DNA of 46,757 nucleotides from a virus (taxonomy: Duplodnaviria; Heunggongvirae; Uroviricota; Caudoviricetes). Where the stretch lies: positions 1 to 46,757 of the IMG/VR virus record IMGVR_UViG_2681813146_000008, one strand, 5' to 3'. Shown here piece after piece: positions 1 through 9,927 of the stretch. The notes under the pieces are model-generated. The model saw only the letters and a program-made list of their open reading frames with translations. It made no database searches and was not told the DNA's origin. Made by a program: the position numbers and the translations under genes. Position 1 is the first letter of the stretch, and each line of letters starts with the position of its first letter.

Positions 1-483
1 ATGACGAAGAAAAAAGCACATAAACCTGGTTCAGCGACCATCGCGCTTAACAAGCGCGCCCGTCACGAATACTTTATCGAAGAAGAGTTCGAAGCGGGAC
101 TTGCCCTGCAAGGCTGGGAGGTTAAATCCCTGCGCGCAGGAAAAGCCAATATCAGCGACAGCTATGTCCTTCTGCGCGACGGAGAGGCATTTCTGTTTGG
201 CGCTAACATCACGCCAATGGCTGTGGCCTCCACGCATGTGGTGTGCGATCCTACCCGTACCCGCAAGTTACTTCTCAACCAGCGCGAACTGGACTCATTG
301 TACGGTCGCGTCAATCGAGAAGGCTATACCGTAGTGGCGCTCTCCCTGTACTGGAAAAATGCCTGGTGCAAAGTGAAAATCGGCGTCGCCAAAGGTAAGA
401 AACAGCACGATAAACGTTCAGATATCAAAGAACGCGAATGGCAGGTGGATAAAGCGCGTATCATGAAAAACGCCCACCGTTAA
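1..483 (+). CDS. smpB: SsrA-binding protein SmpB
   Basis: 160-aa ORF recognised as enterobacterial SmpB; lies immediately upstream of the tmRNA gene as in E. coli. Confidence 0.96.
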
Positions 484-696
484 ACCTATATAAGCGATAC
501 TAATCAAATCCTCACCGCGCCTCCCTATCCGGTGGCGCGAATGAACATCTTATCGACTGTCAAATCTGACACAGATGTAGCCATCCCATTGCTTAATCGA
601 AAAAAATCATACTATGCAGGCGCTAATTCCAGGATGATAACGCCTTTTGGGCTAGTCATGCTGCTCATAAATCTGGTATACTTACCGTTACACATT

Positions 697-1059
697 GGGG
701 CTGATTCTGGATTCGACGGGATTTGCGAAACCCAAGGTGCATGCCGAGGGGCGGTTGGCCTCGTAAAAAGCCGCAAAAAATAGTCGCAAACGACGAAAAC
801 TACGCTTTAGCAGCTTAATAACCTGCTTAGAGCCCTCTCTCCCTAGCCTCCGCTCTTAGGACGGGGATCAAGAGAGGTCAAACCCAAAAGAGATCGCGTG
901 GAAGCCCTGCCTGGGGTTGAAGCGTTAAAACTTAATCAGGCTAGTTTGTTAGTGGCGTGTCCGTCCGCAGCTGGCAAGCGAATGTAAAGACTGACTAAGC
1001 ATGTAGTACCGAGGATGTAGGAATTTCGGACGCGGGTTCAACTCCCGCCAGCTCCACCA
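697..1059 (+). ncRNA. ssrA: tmRNA (SsrA), 363 nt
   Basis: Starts GGGGCTGATTCTGGATTCGACGGG, contains the tag reading frame gcaaacgacgaaaactacgctttagcagcttaa (ANDENYALAA-stop, about 786-818) and ends with the tRNA-like acceptor arm GGGTTCAACTCCCGCCAGCTCCACCA. Confidence 0.96.
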
Positions 1060-1062
1060 AAT
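1015..1062 (+). repeat. Prophage att repeat, ssrA-proximal copy (48 bp, covers the ssrA 3' end)
   Basis: atgtaggaatttcggacgcgggttcaactcccgccagctccaccaaat, identical to 33268-33315. Confidence 0.9.
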
Positions 1063-1069
1063 AAATCAA

Positions 1070-1100
1070 GGGGTTACGTGAAAGCGTAGCCCCTTTTTCT
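1070..1100 (+). terminator. Intrinsic terminator downstream of ssrA
   Basis: GC hairpin (ggggttacg / cgtagcccc) followed by a T5 run. Confidence 0.6.
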
Positions 1101-1182
1101 TAGGTAGTGGCGGCAAAATGGCGACAGACTTTTGCGTCCATCTTGCCTGTCGCCATCTTGAAATCATGCAAAGAGGTTTGAC

Positions 1183-1665
1183 ATGGAAGAACTTCACTTT
1201 GTTTACATCAATGCAAATGGTCGTATCGGTGTTCACTCTATACAGAGCATCAGTTATAGCGAAAATCATATACAGGGCATTTGTAAGAACACCGATCGAA
1301 TAAAAACCTTCCGAAAAGACCGCATTCTTAAACAGTACGATTCACCAGAACAAGCCATTCAGGAATGCACATCATTCCTCCCCGAAAACTACTCACATCT
1401 CACTAAGCAGTCTGGTCCGAAAAAAAATACATTCGATGTGTGTTTCACCGGATTTAAGAAAGCAGATAAAGAAAGATTGGTTGATAAGGCGAATGAACAA
1501 GGATTAACGGTAAGAACCTCTGTAACCCAAAGCCTTCAGATGCTCTGTTGCGGTTACAATGCAGGCCCATCAAAAGTATCGGCAGCCAGGATGAAAGGCA
1601 CAATCATCATAGATGAGCCTGGCTTTATACATTTTCTTGAAACGGGTGAGATCCCAGATGAATAA
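1183..1665 (+). CDS. Hypothetical protein with WYL-like N-terminal motif and BRCT-like C-terminal domain
   Basis: 160-aa ORF with AGAGG RBS; RTFRxDRI-type motif (KTFRKDRI); C-terminal pattern resembles the LigA BRCT domain. AT-rich relative to neighbours. Confidence 0.6.
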   Translation: MEELHFVYINANGRIGVHSIQSISYSENHIQGICKNTDRIKTFRKDRILKQYDSPEQAIQECTSFLPENYSHLTKQSGPKKNTFDVCFTGFKKADKERLVDKANEQGLTVRTSVTQSLQMLCCGYNAGPSKVSAARMKGTIIIDEPGFIHFLETGEIPDE

Positions 1666-1691
1666 AAACCTGCCGTAGCAGGTTCTCTTTC

Positions 1692-1910
1692 TCAAAAATT
1701 CATATGCCCCTGACCACCTGGCAATGGATGTGGAGGAGCAGTAGCAATCAGTGCGGGTGTCACAATAAACCGGACCACTGTTTCATGGGTAACAAAAGTG
1801 CTCCCGCAGTTAATATTTTGGCACTGGCAGTAACGCTCTTTGGTGCTTTCAGTTACTTGAAAACTGCTCCTTGTGTGTGCCGCATGACCACACTTTGGAC
1901 AATTCATCAT
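1692..1910 (-). CDS. ogr: Ogr/Delta-family zinc-finger late transcription activator
   Basis: C-x2-C...C-x4-C motif (CPKCGHAAHTRSS...CQCQNINCGSTF) closely matching P2 Ogr; start set at the internal Met to give 72 aa; located after gene D next to the att site as in P2. Confidence 0.9.
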   Translation of the reverse strand: MMNCPKCGHAAHTRSSFQVTESTKERYCQCQNINCGSTFVTHETVVRFIVTPALIATAPPHPLPGGQGHMNF

Positions 1911-1978
1911 ATCCAGATCCCTACCTTTGCTATCAGAATTATTGTAATGATACACAAAATATCAATATTGAGAACGCT

Positions 1979-3079
1979 TTATTCCATTTCAAGATCATCA
2001 ATCTTCACTTCGAGTTCAATACTGGTTGTAAAACCGTTATCCGGGCTGACGGTATGTGTCAGAGTCGTAATGGTCCATTCCGCATCATCTATCGGCTGTT
2101 TAAAACCACTGACCTTCACAGGCATTTCCGTGTAGAGATCTGCCCGCCCTTCTGCCAGTTGTAGCGAAAATGACGCAACGCCGCGTTGCAGGCGTTCCCA
2201 CTGCATTTTCGCCGCTCGTTCGGCGTTGCTCCGGTTGGCATAAGTGCGATTAAGTACCAGCACGTTTTCATCCGTACCCACCAGGTAATCGCCCTGCTTC
2301 GCTTCCGGCTCTTTCTTCTGCTTCTTAGTTCTGCGCTTACGCTTCACCGTGGTGCTTTCTTTCTTCGCAGGTTCGCGGGTATGCAACCAGCTGGCAATTA
2401 CGCCCGTGTAGGCTCCGCGATCTGCCAGGGTAAATCGGTGACTGTCGCCGTCCTTGCGTGTGATAGTGATCACTGGCAGAGGTTTACCAGTGGCGCTTTT
2501 GCCCTGCCCCTGCCGGATGAATAACAGATTGCCATTTTTCACCGACGCGATGGCACCGTACTGTCGCGCCAGCCGCATCAGAAAACTGCCGTCACTCTCA
2601 TTAGTCTGGTCTATATGCTCCACGGGCTTATCCGACAGGTCTTTACCCAGTGCCATCTTCAGCTTGTGCCGCGCGGCTATTTCCTTCACCACTTCCCCGA
2701 CGGTGGTCTTATGCCACGATTTTTCACGGCGGGTATTCAGCGTTTCCCGAAAATCAGCACTTCGCGCCCGGATAGTCAGGCGGTCCGGTGCGCCAGTGTG
2801 TTCAATCTCGTCCACTGTGAATGCCCCTTTAGGGAAAAGCGGCTGCCCCTTCCAGCCCAGCGCCAGCGTAATGACCGCACCACGGCGCGGCAGCACGATT
2901 TTTCCGTCAGCGTCATCCAGCTCCAGATCAAGCTGGTCCGCTTCAAAGCCCCGGTTATCCGTCAGCGTCAGACTCATCAGGCGGTTATCCAGCACAGTGG
3001 TGATATCCCTGCCCTCAATACTGATGCTGAATGCGGGAGTTTTGTTGCCTTTGTTAAGCAGTTCAGAGCTGAAATTCAC
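1979..3079 (-). CDS. D: Tail protein D (late control gene D family)
   Basis: 366 aa; position after U-T and before ogr; recognised P2 gpD-like sequence. Confidence 0.88.
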   Translation of the reverse strand: MNFSSELLNKGNKTPAFSISIEGRDITTVLDNRLMSLTLTDNRGFEADQLDLELDDADGKIVLPRRGAVITLALGWKGQPLFPKGAFTVDEIEHTGAPDRLTIRARSADFRETLNTRREKSWHKTTVGEVVKEIAARHKLKMALGKDLSDKPVEHIDQTNESDGSFLMRLARQYGAIASVKNGNLLFIRQGQGKSATGKPLPVITITRKDGDSHRFTLADRGAYTGVIASWLHTREPAKKESTTVKRKRRTKKQKKEPEAKQGDYLVGTDENVLVLNRTYANRSNAERAAKMQWERLQRGVASFSLQLAEGRADLYTEMPVKVSGFKQPIDDAEWTITTLTHTVSPDNGFTTSIELEVKIDDLEME

Positions 3080-3561
3080 GACAGCAGCCCTCCCACCGTT
3101 TTACTGATATCGCTTAAGGCAGACGTTGCCGTTTCCTGCAGATTATTCAGTTGCGCACTGAGATCACCGAACATATCGGACAGGGATTCATCCACCCGTT
3201 TGAGCGACAGGGTGAACTCAATCCGGCGCGGCATACCGTCGCGGAAAAACTCCGTTTTAGTCTGATTCAGTCCCTCAATCACATACATGCCATAAATCGT
3301 GCCGCTGCCTTCAATCAGGGGCCATGCTTTCCCCTGTTCTGCCATCTGCTCCAGTGCCAGCAACGACAGCCTGCCACCTGTTATCTCCGGCATAAGAACA
3401 CCGGAAAGCGTCAGCATGTCGTTGTCCGGTCCCAGAAACTGCGTGGACGGACGTCGGTTTACCCGGCTGTTTGCCGCATGTCGCCAGCTGCGTTGATACT
3501 GCAGCTCCTGATACGGCACGGTGCGCAGCATAAACACGTACAATCCCAGCACCATCATCAT
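3076..3561 (-). CDS. U: Tail protein U
   Basis: 161 aa, overlaps D start and T stop; P2 gpU-like. Confidence 0.88.
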   Translation of the reverse strand: MMMVLGLYVFMLRTVPYQELQYQRSWRHAANSRVNRRPSTQFLGPDNDMLTLSGVLMPEITGGRLSLLALEQMAEQGKAWPLIEGSGTIYGMYVIEGLNQTKTEFFRDGMPRRIEFTLSLKRVDESLSDMFGDLSAQLNNLQETATSALSDISKTVGGLLS

Positions 3562-6500
3562 GCGTCGTATCCCCCCTGATCGCTGTAGTTACTCCTGGCT
3601 TTTGCTTTCAGCCTGCGTTCACGTTCATCAAGCTGGCGGGCCACCTCCCGCGCAATATCCTGCGCACTTTGTCCTGGCTGCGTCTGAATGATGATCTGCA
3701 TCGGTGCCTCAATCCGTTGAACGGGCGGCACAGTGGCTGCACGACTCACCATCGCTTCGCCGCCTTTCGCGGGAAGTGCCAAAGGGTGCAACGGTGGAAG
3801 CTCTGCAGGCGCGGCAGCAACGCCCATCATTCCGGCAACAACGGCAGCCAGTGCAGCTGTATTTCTCCGGCTGGTCACATTTGCCGGGCCGTTAACAATT
3901 TCCGGCCCGTTTTCACCGACGATGCCAAACTGCCCGCGCGGGATATACCCGCCGCTGTCATACATTCCCGCAAAGCCATATCCCCATGATGGAAAACCAC
4001 CCGATGGCATCATCACTTTACCGTCTGCATTCACCGTCGCAGGTTGCTGACGCGTCACGCTTTCCGGCAGTTTTGCCTTTGCGGCCTCTTTACTGACAAT
4101 GCCGAGCTTCTCCAGCAACCAGGAAACGCCGGATTTCAGGGAGTCCAGCGGATGCATGACCATATTCAGCCCTTCCGCCAGTGCCTCCCCGAATCGTCGC
4201 CCCATTGCCGCTGCACTCTGCAGTTCGGCAGAGGTCGACTTAACGGGCGTAAGCAGATCAGTAAACCAGCCCCACAGCGCCTGTACTTTGTCGCCAATCC
4301 ACTGAAACACAGGCTTAAGTGGTTCGAATGCAGCACTGACGGGACCTGCCGCCGCTTTGAATCCTTCCACCACGCCACCGAGAAATGCGGTGATGGGTTG
4401 CCAGTATTTCCAGACAACCAGCGCCACGCCCGCCAGTGCAGTAACCACAAGACCTATCGGACTGAGCAGAGCACCTAACAGACCAGATACGGCATACAGA
4501 GCAACGCGCAGCATCGCCAGCGGACCAGATGCCAGCACTCGCAGCACCGCGCCTGCGGCGGTCAGTCCACCGCGCAGTACCGCCAGTGGATTCATAAACA
4601 TCACAGCAACCGCACGTAAACCGGATAATCCAGACCGCAACAGTGCAACTGGCGCACCTGCTACAGTTTTCAGGACATTTCCCGTCAGTGATGCCGTACG
4701 GCGCAAAGATGACAACGGCGCAGTAAGTAAACCCGCAGCATTGCCCGATGAAGCAAGCCCGCGTCGCAGCAGTGCCAGTGGAGCGCCAGCCAGCCAGGAC
4801 AACGCGCTGCTGGTTCGTGTTACTGCTGCCGTAACGGAAGGTAACGTTTTGATACCCAGCACAGAGAATCCCAGACGGATCACTGCCAGCGGCCCCAGCA
4901 CTGCAGCCAGCGCCACCGCTAAGGTGCCGAGGCCGACGGTAACCGCAGCCACAACGGCCGACGCTTTCATCAGTGTGCCTGTCAGTTCCGGGTTAGCTTC
5001 CACCCAGCGACGTAACGCCCCCGTGACGCTTTTCACCGTGTACAGAATATCCATCAGCGGCTGGCGCAGCGTTTCGCCCAGGCTGCTGAAGGTGTTCTGC
5101 GCTCCGGTTTTGACCAGCAACCACTGCGCAGAAAGTGAATCCTTGTTAATGTCGGATTCTTTCTGCATGGAGCCGAGCGCATCATTGCCCGCTGTCAGTT
5201 TTAACTGACGCTGCAGTTCCGGCAGGTTATTTGCCAGTTTCGCCGCGTCATCGCCAAACTCTTTACCAAACAACATAGTCATGGCAGACAGGCGCTTGTC
5301 CTGCGGCAGCGCGTTTACCTTCTCCAGCACGCGCTGGATGGTTCCCATCGCATCCTTCGTCATCTGCTTTTCAATCACTTCAGGATTGAGTTTCAGCAGA
5401 TTCATCCCTTCAAAGAAACTCTTGCTTTGCATGGTGGCAATGGACAATTCACGCACCATCGCGTTTGCTGCACTGGCTGCAACCTCCGGCGCAGCGCCCA
5501 GTGTCAGGAAGGTGGAACCCAGCGCCGCCGCTTTACGATAATCCAGACGGTCAGCCACACCGCCCAGACGTTGCATCACATCAATGATGTCTGCCCCTTT
5601 CGACATGGCGTTATCATCCAGATAGTTCAGCGCATCACCGAGCTGTTCAATATTGCGGGTGGGGATTTTGTAGAGCTGGGCGATTTTCCCCAGACTTTCT
5701 GACAGTTCATCCGCTGGCAGCTCAAAGGCTGTTGCCGCCTTTGCTGCCGTACTGGCGAAGGCCAGCAGGTCACGTTTCTGATCTTCCCAGCTGTCGTCAG
5801 GGTTTGCGACGTTCATGCGCGCACCACCTTCAACCAGTGCAGCGAAGTCCACCGCACCGTTTTCCATCGGCAACTGTTCGCTGGCAGCCTTGATGGCATC
5901 CTGCATTTGATAAAAACGTGCAGTGCGGTTGCCATTATCGTCACGCAGACCATTGACCTGCTTTGCCACACCTTTCATGGCATCTTCCATGCTGGTATAG
6001 CTTTTTACTGCCGCCATCACTGGCGCACCCATTGCCAGCCCTGCAGCCGTGGTGGTGGCTCCGGCACCTGCAATACGATCACGCACCTCCAGCGAGCTGG
6101 CATAACTGGCACGCGCTGCATTCATCCTGCGCTGAGCTTCCCCCAGTCGCTTCAGCCGCGCCTCCTGTTTCGAAAGTTCCTGGTTATAACGTGATGTTTC
6201 ACGGGCTAAACGGGCAGTTGCTCCCGCATCGTCTTTCGCAGAAATTCCCGCCCGGTACAGTTCAGCACGCACAAGCGCCGTCTGCTGCTGCAGCTTTTTC
6301 TGGCGTTCTTCCAGGCGCTGAACAGCCAGCCGTTGACGGCCCAGAGCAACAACCTGACGTTGCGAAGGCGGCCCCATCGCTCCCAGTTCCTGACTGAGCA
6401 AATTTGCACGCTGGCGGGCATAGTTCAGCCTGTCGCCTAATTTCTGATTTTCTGCCTGCAGCTTTCGGAAGCTGTCCAGACTGCTCCCGGCCTGATCAAG

Positions 6501-6635
6501 CTGCTTTATTGCATCGCGGGATTTTTTGACAGCAGCAGCCAGTTCTCTTGAACTGGCCTGCGCAGATCGAAATGGGCGGGTGAGCTTGTCAACCGCATTA
6601 AGAATGACCTGCAGACGCAGGTTGTTATCACTCAT
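3558..6635 (-). CDS. T: Tail tape measure protein T
   Basis: 1025-aa Ala/Leu-rich coiled-coil and hydrophobic segments typical of tape measure proteins; P2 gene order E-E'-T-U-D. Confidence 0.9.
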   Translation of the reverse strand: MSDNNLRLQVILNAVDKLTRPFRSAQASSRELAAAVKKSRDAIKQLDQAGSSLDSFRKLQAENQKLGDRLNYARQRANLLSQELGAMGPPSQRQVVALGRQRLAVQRLEERQKKLQQQTALVRAELYRAGISAKDDAGATARLARETSRYNQELSKQEARLKRLGEAQRRMNAARASYASSLEVRDRIAGAGATTTAAGLAMGAPVMAAVKSYTSMEDAMKGVAKQVNGLRDDNGNRTARFYQMQDAIKAASEQLPMENGAVDFAALVEGGARMNVANPDDSWEDQKRDLLAFASTAAKAATAFELPADELSESLGKIAQLYKIPTRNIEQLGDALNYLDDNAMSKGADIIDVMQRLGGVADRLDYRKAAALGSTFLTLGAAPEVAASAANAMVRELSIATMQSKSFFEGMNLLKLNPEVIEKQMTKDAMGTIQRVLEKVNALPQDKRLSAMTMLFGKEFGDDAAKLANNLPELQRQLKLTAGNDALGSMQKESDINKDSLSAQWLLVKTGAQNTFSSLGETLRQPLMDILYTVKSVTGALRRWVEANPELTGTLMKASAVVAAVTVGLGTLAVALAAVLGPLAVIRLGFSVLGIKTLPSVTAAVTRTSSALSWLAGAPLALLRRGLASSGNAAGLLTAPLSSLRRTASLTGNVLKTVAGAPVALLRSGLSGLRAVAVMFMNPLAVLRGGLTAAGAVLRVLASGPLAMLRVALYAVSGLLGALLSPIGLVVTALAGVALVVWKYWQPITAFLGGVVEGFKAAAGPVSAAFEPLKPVFQWIGDKVQALWGWFTDLLTPVKSTSAELQSAAAMGRRFGEALAEGLNMVMHPLDSLKSGVSWLLEKLGIVSKEAAKAKLPESVTRQQPATVNADGKVMMPSGGFPSWGYGFAGMYDSGGYIPRGQFGIVGENGPEIVNGPANVTSRRNTAALAAVVAGMMGVAAAPAELPPLHPLALPAKGGEAMVSRAATVPPVQRIEAPMQIIIQTQPGQSAQDIAREVARQLDERERRLKAKARSNYSDQGGYDA

Positions 6636-7064
6636 CGTTGGCCCCGCTTCTCTGAATCGCTTTATACCGCCATTCCAGCACTTCGGTCAGCGGCATAACG
6701 TCAGTAACGGATGGCGGCCAGTGAAAAATGGTGGCGATATCTGCCACCAGATCGTCAACCGTCAGGCTGTCGGTAAACCGGCAAGCACCGACTTCTTCAA
6801 CAAAAAAGTGACAACCTCAACCGACATGGCAGTGAGATCTGCCGGGTCCATCTCTGCAATTTCCTGTGCAGTCAGTGCCGGACTGGAGATGCGGGGGATC
6901 ACGGTCATCATCGCGTTTACATCCATATCCATAATGGCCTGCAGGCGTGTACCGCGCAGCGCACCGGACTGCGGTTTACGCAGCACAATTTCGGTGATTT
7001 CTGTTTTACCGCGCTTGATGGGGGTATCCAGTTGAATGGTCTTTTCAGTCTGCTTATCGCTCAT
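6628..7064 (-). CDS. Tail assembly chaperone E+E' fusion via programmed -1 frameshift
   Basis: Slippery T6G on the minus strand at 6801-6807; the -1 frame stays open for 57 codons to a TGA at 6628-6630, overlapping the T start; predicted fusion about 145 aa (P2 E+E' is about 142 aa). Confidence 0.7.
6762..7064 (-). CDS. E: Tail assembly chaperone E
   Basis: 100-aa ORF between FII and T; contains the slippery heptamer TTTTTTG near its 3' end. Confidence 0.88.
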   Translation of the reverse strand: MSDKQTEKTIQLDTPIKRGKTEITEIVLRKPQSGALRGTRLQAIMDMDVNAMMTVIPRISSPALTAQEIAEMDPADLTAMSVEVVTFLLKKSVLAGLPTA

Positions 7065-7118
7065 TTTGCTGTCCTGTCAATTGGGTTCTGGCGCGGTATC
7101 CCGCGCCGTTCAGATATA

Positions 7119-7634
7119 TCAGAGGCCGAGGGCGTTGCGGTGCGCTTCCATCAGGTCCACACCGTCCACAATTTCCACCATGTTGATAAGGTCCACTTCA
7201 TAGAGCACCTCACCATTGATGGTCAGCTTCGCGTAGCTGTTGGTACTGGTCACTTTGGTGGTGTTGCTTTCGCCCGTCTTCCACTCGCCGGAATCCACTT
7301 CTTTGTGACGTCCACGCACGACAAGCTCCACGGGCTGCACTTCCCCGGTATCGTCACGCTGAATAGAGCCGGTAAAGCGCAGCTGGATGCCATCCACCGT
7401 GGCTTTACCCATCTGTTTAAACAGCAGCAATTCAGTACCACCAATGGAAAATTCTGTGTCCAGCGCACTGTCATCAAGCCCCAGATCCACATCCACCGCA
7501 CCCGGCATTCCGCCGCCGCGATACTTCTCATATTTGCGGGTAAATTTCGGCAGCGTCAGCGACTCAACGATCCCCTGCCAGTTGTTCCCGTCGTTAAACA
7601 GGTTCAAGTGTTTTAATTTGCGTGGTAAAGCCAT
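7119..7634 (-). CDS. FII: Tail tube protein FII
   Basis: 171 aa, P2 gpFII-like, downstream of sheath. Confidence 0.9.
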   Translation of the reverse strand: MALPRKLKHLNLFNDGNNWQGIVESLTLPKFTRKYEKYRGGGMPGAVDVDLGLDDSALDTEFSIGGTELLLFKQMGKATVDGIQLRFTGSIQRDDTGEVQPVELVVRGRHKEVDSGEWKTGESNTTKVTSTNSYAKLTINGEVLYEVDLINMVEIVDGVDLMEAHRNALGL

Positions 7635-7643
7635 GTTGTCCCC

Positions 7644-8816
7644 TTACGCGCTGACCTGGCTGGCGAAATTCACCAGGTACTGATCGGTGATGCGCTGGCG
7701 CAGCATCAGATTTTCAAGTGGCGGCACTGGCGTGTAGTCATAGTCGATGGTGAGTTTTCCGGCTTTCAGCGTGTCTTTGTCGTTCACCGACTCATCCAGC
7801 CAGCAATCACCACCAATGAGATAGCCCTGACTGACCAGGCTGCGCATTTTGGCGCGGATACCTTCGATAATGTCGCGGGCCAGCGACGGGTTAAGCGGTT
7901 TATCCACCGCCCACATGTGTGCTTCTGCCATCGTGTCCATCAGCACCTGCGCCGTGCGGGTGTAGTTTTCGAAGGCAAAGAGCGGGTCATCACTCAGGCA
8001 GCGGGAACCCCAGAAGCGGAAACCGTCCTTGCGCACAAGCGTGGTGACGTCGTTCTGGTTCAGCAGACCTGCATCGGTTGCCGGGTCCTGCAGATCCCAG
8101 AACACATCTGCAGAAATTCCGGTGACACCGTTCACGCCCACGTTGGACAGGCTTTTGTGCCATCCGGTCTGCTCGTCAATTTTGGCGCGCAGACCAAGCG
8201 CACGGGCGGTGGCATATGCCGTTGCTTCGGCATTCAGCACCGTGTCCCAGCCAGTAAAGTCAGGCCAGATCAGCATCCCTTCGCGCTGGCTGAAGTTTTC
8301 GCGGTAAGTGATCGCCTCCTGCACTGTCTTGCAGCCATACGCTGACAGGTAAGCAAATCCACGCAGGCTTTGCGCCACGCTCAGCAACTCAGTAGCTACC
8401 GCCTTGGTGTCGTGGCCTGGCACGCCGAGAATGCGCGGTTTAACGCCGAGCTGTGACTGGGCAGATAACAGGGCTTTCATACCTGTTTTTTTACCTTCAG
8501 CAGTCACTGCGCCGATGATATTGGTCGTGGTTTCGTCTTCCGTTTCACCCTGCGGCACACGCACAACAATGGTCACGGGTTTTGCCTGGTCAGCGATGGC
8601 ATCCAGCGAACGGGCCAGAGTACCGGACTCACCCGCTTTACCGCTGGCAGTCAGCACATCAGTGATCAGCACGGGTTTATTAAGAGGAAACATTTTTGCA
8701 TCGGCATCATCGCCCGTGCAGACCATACCCACGATGGCGGTGCTCACCGTGGTAATAGATCGGGTGCCTTCGTTGACTTCAACAACGCGCACCCCGTGGT
8801 GGTAATCCTGAGCCAT
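7644..8816 (-). CDS. FI: Contractile tail sheath protein FI
   Basis: 390 aa, P2 gpFI-like. Confidence 0.92.
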   Translation of the reverse strand: MAQDYHHGVRVVEVNEGTRSITTVSTAIVGMVCTGDDADAKMFPLNKPVLITDVLTASGKAGESGTLARSLDAIADQAKPVTIVVRVPQGETEDETTTNIIGAVTAEGKKTGMKALLSAQSQLGVKPRILGVPGHDTKAVATELLSVAQSLRGFAYLSAYGCKTVQEAITYRENFSQREGMLIWPDFTGWDTVLNAEATAYATARALGLRAKIDEQTGWHKSLSNVGVNGVTGISADVFWDLQDPATDAGLLNQNDVTTLVRKDGFRFWGSRCLSDDPLFAFENYTRTAQVLMDTMAEAHMWAVDKPLNPSLARDIIEGIRAKMRSLVSQGYLIGGDCWLDESVNDKDTLKAGKLTIDYDYTPVPPLENLMLRQRITDQYLVNFASQVSA

Positions 8817-8892
8817 AGTGGCGAACCTCCTGATTGGATTAGGCTTCGCCCTATGTTGAAGTGATTGTGCCTGACAAACAGCTAAGCGCAGT

Positions 8893-8910
8893 TGTGTCGT
8901 TATTCACACA
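8893..8910. promoter_or_regulatory. Ogr-type activator dyad (TGT-N12-ACA) upstream of FI (late promoter PF-like)
   Basis: TGTGTCGTTATTCACACA centred about 85 nt upstream of the FI start codon. Confidence 0.5.
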
Positions 8911-8958
8911 AAATAACGATATTTGTCTGCTTGCAGGGATAATCAACATAATGCTGAT

Positions 8959-9531
8959 TCAGGGGGATTCATTGATCTTATTTGCCGGAAATTTTCTATA
9001 AATGGTAGAAACGCCTACATCAAAAATCAGTGCAATACGCTGTCTTGATTCTCCGGCCTCGAGTAAACGCCCAATCTGTGCCCACTGTTCGGTGGTCAAC
9101 TTAGGACGGCGTCCACCTACTCTGCCTTTGGTACGAGCTGCAGCCAGCCCTGCCCTGGTACGTTCAACTATCAGTTCGCGTTCCATTTCAGCCAGGGCAC
9201 CCATGACATGAAAAAAGAAACGGCCCATTGGGGTACTGGTATCAATACTGTCAGTCAGGCTTCTGAAATTCACACCACGCTGGCGCAACTCTTCTATCAG
9301 CGTAACAAGATGCCGCATACTGCGCCCCAACCTGTCCAGCTTCCAGACAACCAGCGTGTCTCCTGCCGATAGTGTCCTGAGTAGTTTTTTCAGCCCCGGT
9401 CTGTCGGACTTAGTGCCACTGATTTTGTCCTCAAAAATCCGCTCACATCCCGCGCAGTTCAGTGCATTACGTTGCAAATCGGTGTTCTGGTCATTTGTTG
9501 ACACGCGTACATAGCCAATAAGCATGATCAT
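8959..9531 (-). CDS. Serine recombinase, DNA invertase (Gin/Hin/Pin/Cin family)
   Basis: 190 aa; N-terminal catalytic motif YVRVSTNDQ and C-terminal HTH; adjacent to inverted tail-fibre segments. Confidence 0.9.
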   Translation of the reverse strand: MIMLIGYVRVSTNDQNTDLQRNALNCAGCERIFEDKISGTKSDRPGLKKLLRTLSAGDTLVVWKLDRLGRSMRHLVTLIEELRQRGVNFRSLTDSIDTSTPMGRFFFHVMGALAEMERELIVERTRAGLAAARTKGRVGGRRPKLTTEQWAQIGRLLEAGESRQRIALIFDVGVSTIYRKFPANKINESP

Positions 9532-9580
9532 CCCCCTGAATAAAAACCGGAGATGATGCCAGTTAGCTGTTACCTCTGCA

Positions 9581-9606
9581 TTTTCTTAAACGTTGGTTTG
9601 GGAGAA
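9581..9606. repeat. Invertase crossover site, left (gix/hix-like, 12-2-12)
   Basis: ttttcttaaacg-tt-ggtttgggagaa; the 14 bp 9593-9606 are a perfect inverted copy of 11415-11428. Confidence 0.75.
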
Positions 9607-9927
9607 GCGGCAAAACGGAATGTGGGAACTGGGGAAAATCAGATACCTGATATGTCATCATATGCATCAGGTTCAGGCTGGCGAAAAATGCCAGATGGTT
9701 CAATTGAACAGTGGGGACGAATTAGTTTTCCTAGTGAACACGGGCCTGTATCCGCCAATGTTTCATTCCCGATTCCATTTACACAGACACCGGGCATTGT
9801 AATTGTGTGCGATGGTGGTTTCGGGGGTGGGAATATGTGGGGGGCGACCAACTGGAGCACTACCGGCTTCATAGCTCACTGCAATTATGGTCTTGAAGGC
9901 GGTGCGTTTTTCGCTAAGGGCTGGTAA
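9595..9927 (+). CDS. Alternative tail-fibre C-terminal segment (Sv'-like, no own start; expressed only after inversion)
   Basis: In-frame from the crossover core; encodes GLGE followed by about 107 aa; shares the GLGE junction with gene H at the opposite crossover site. Confidence 0.65.
   Translation, partial: GLGEAAKRNVGTGENQIPDMSSYASGSGWRKMPDGSIEQWGRISFPSEHGPVSANVSFPIPFTQTPGIVIVCDGGFGGGNMWGATNWSTTGFIAHCNYGLEGGAFFAKGW

Noticed and set aside
532-783. 83-aa ORF overlapping the start of ssrA
   Set aside because: Runs through the smpB-ssrA promoter region and the 5' part of tmRNA; the locus is accounted for by the tmRNA gene.
4357-5208. 283-aa ORF on the + strand (TTG start)
   Set aside because: Embedded antisense in the tape measure gene; Ala/Ser/Thr/Pro-rich low-complexity translation typical of a spurious frame.
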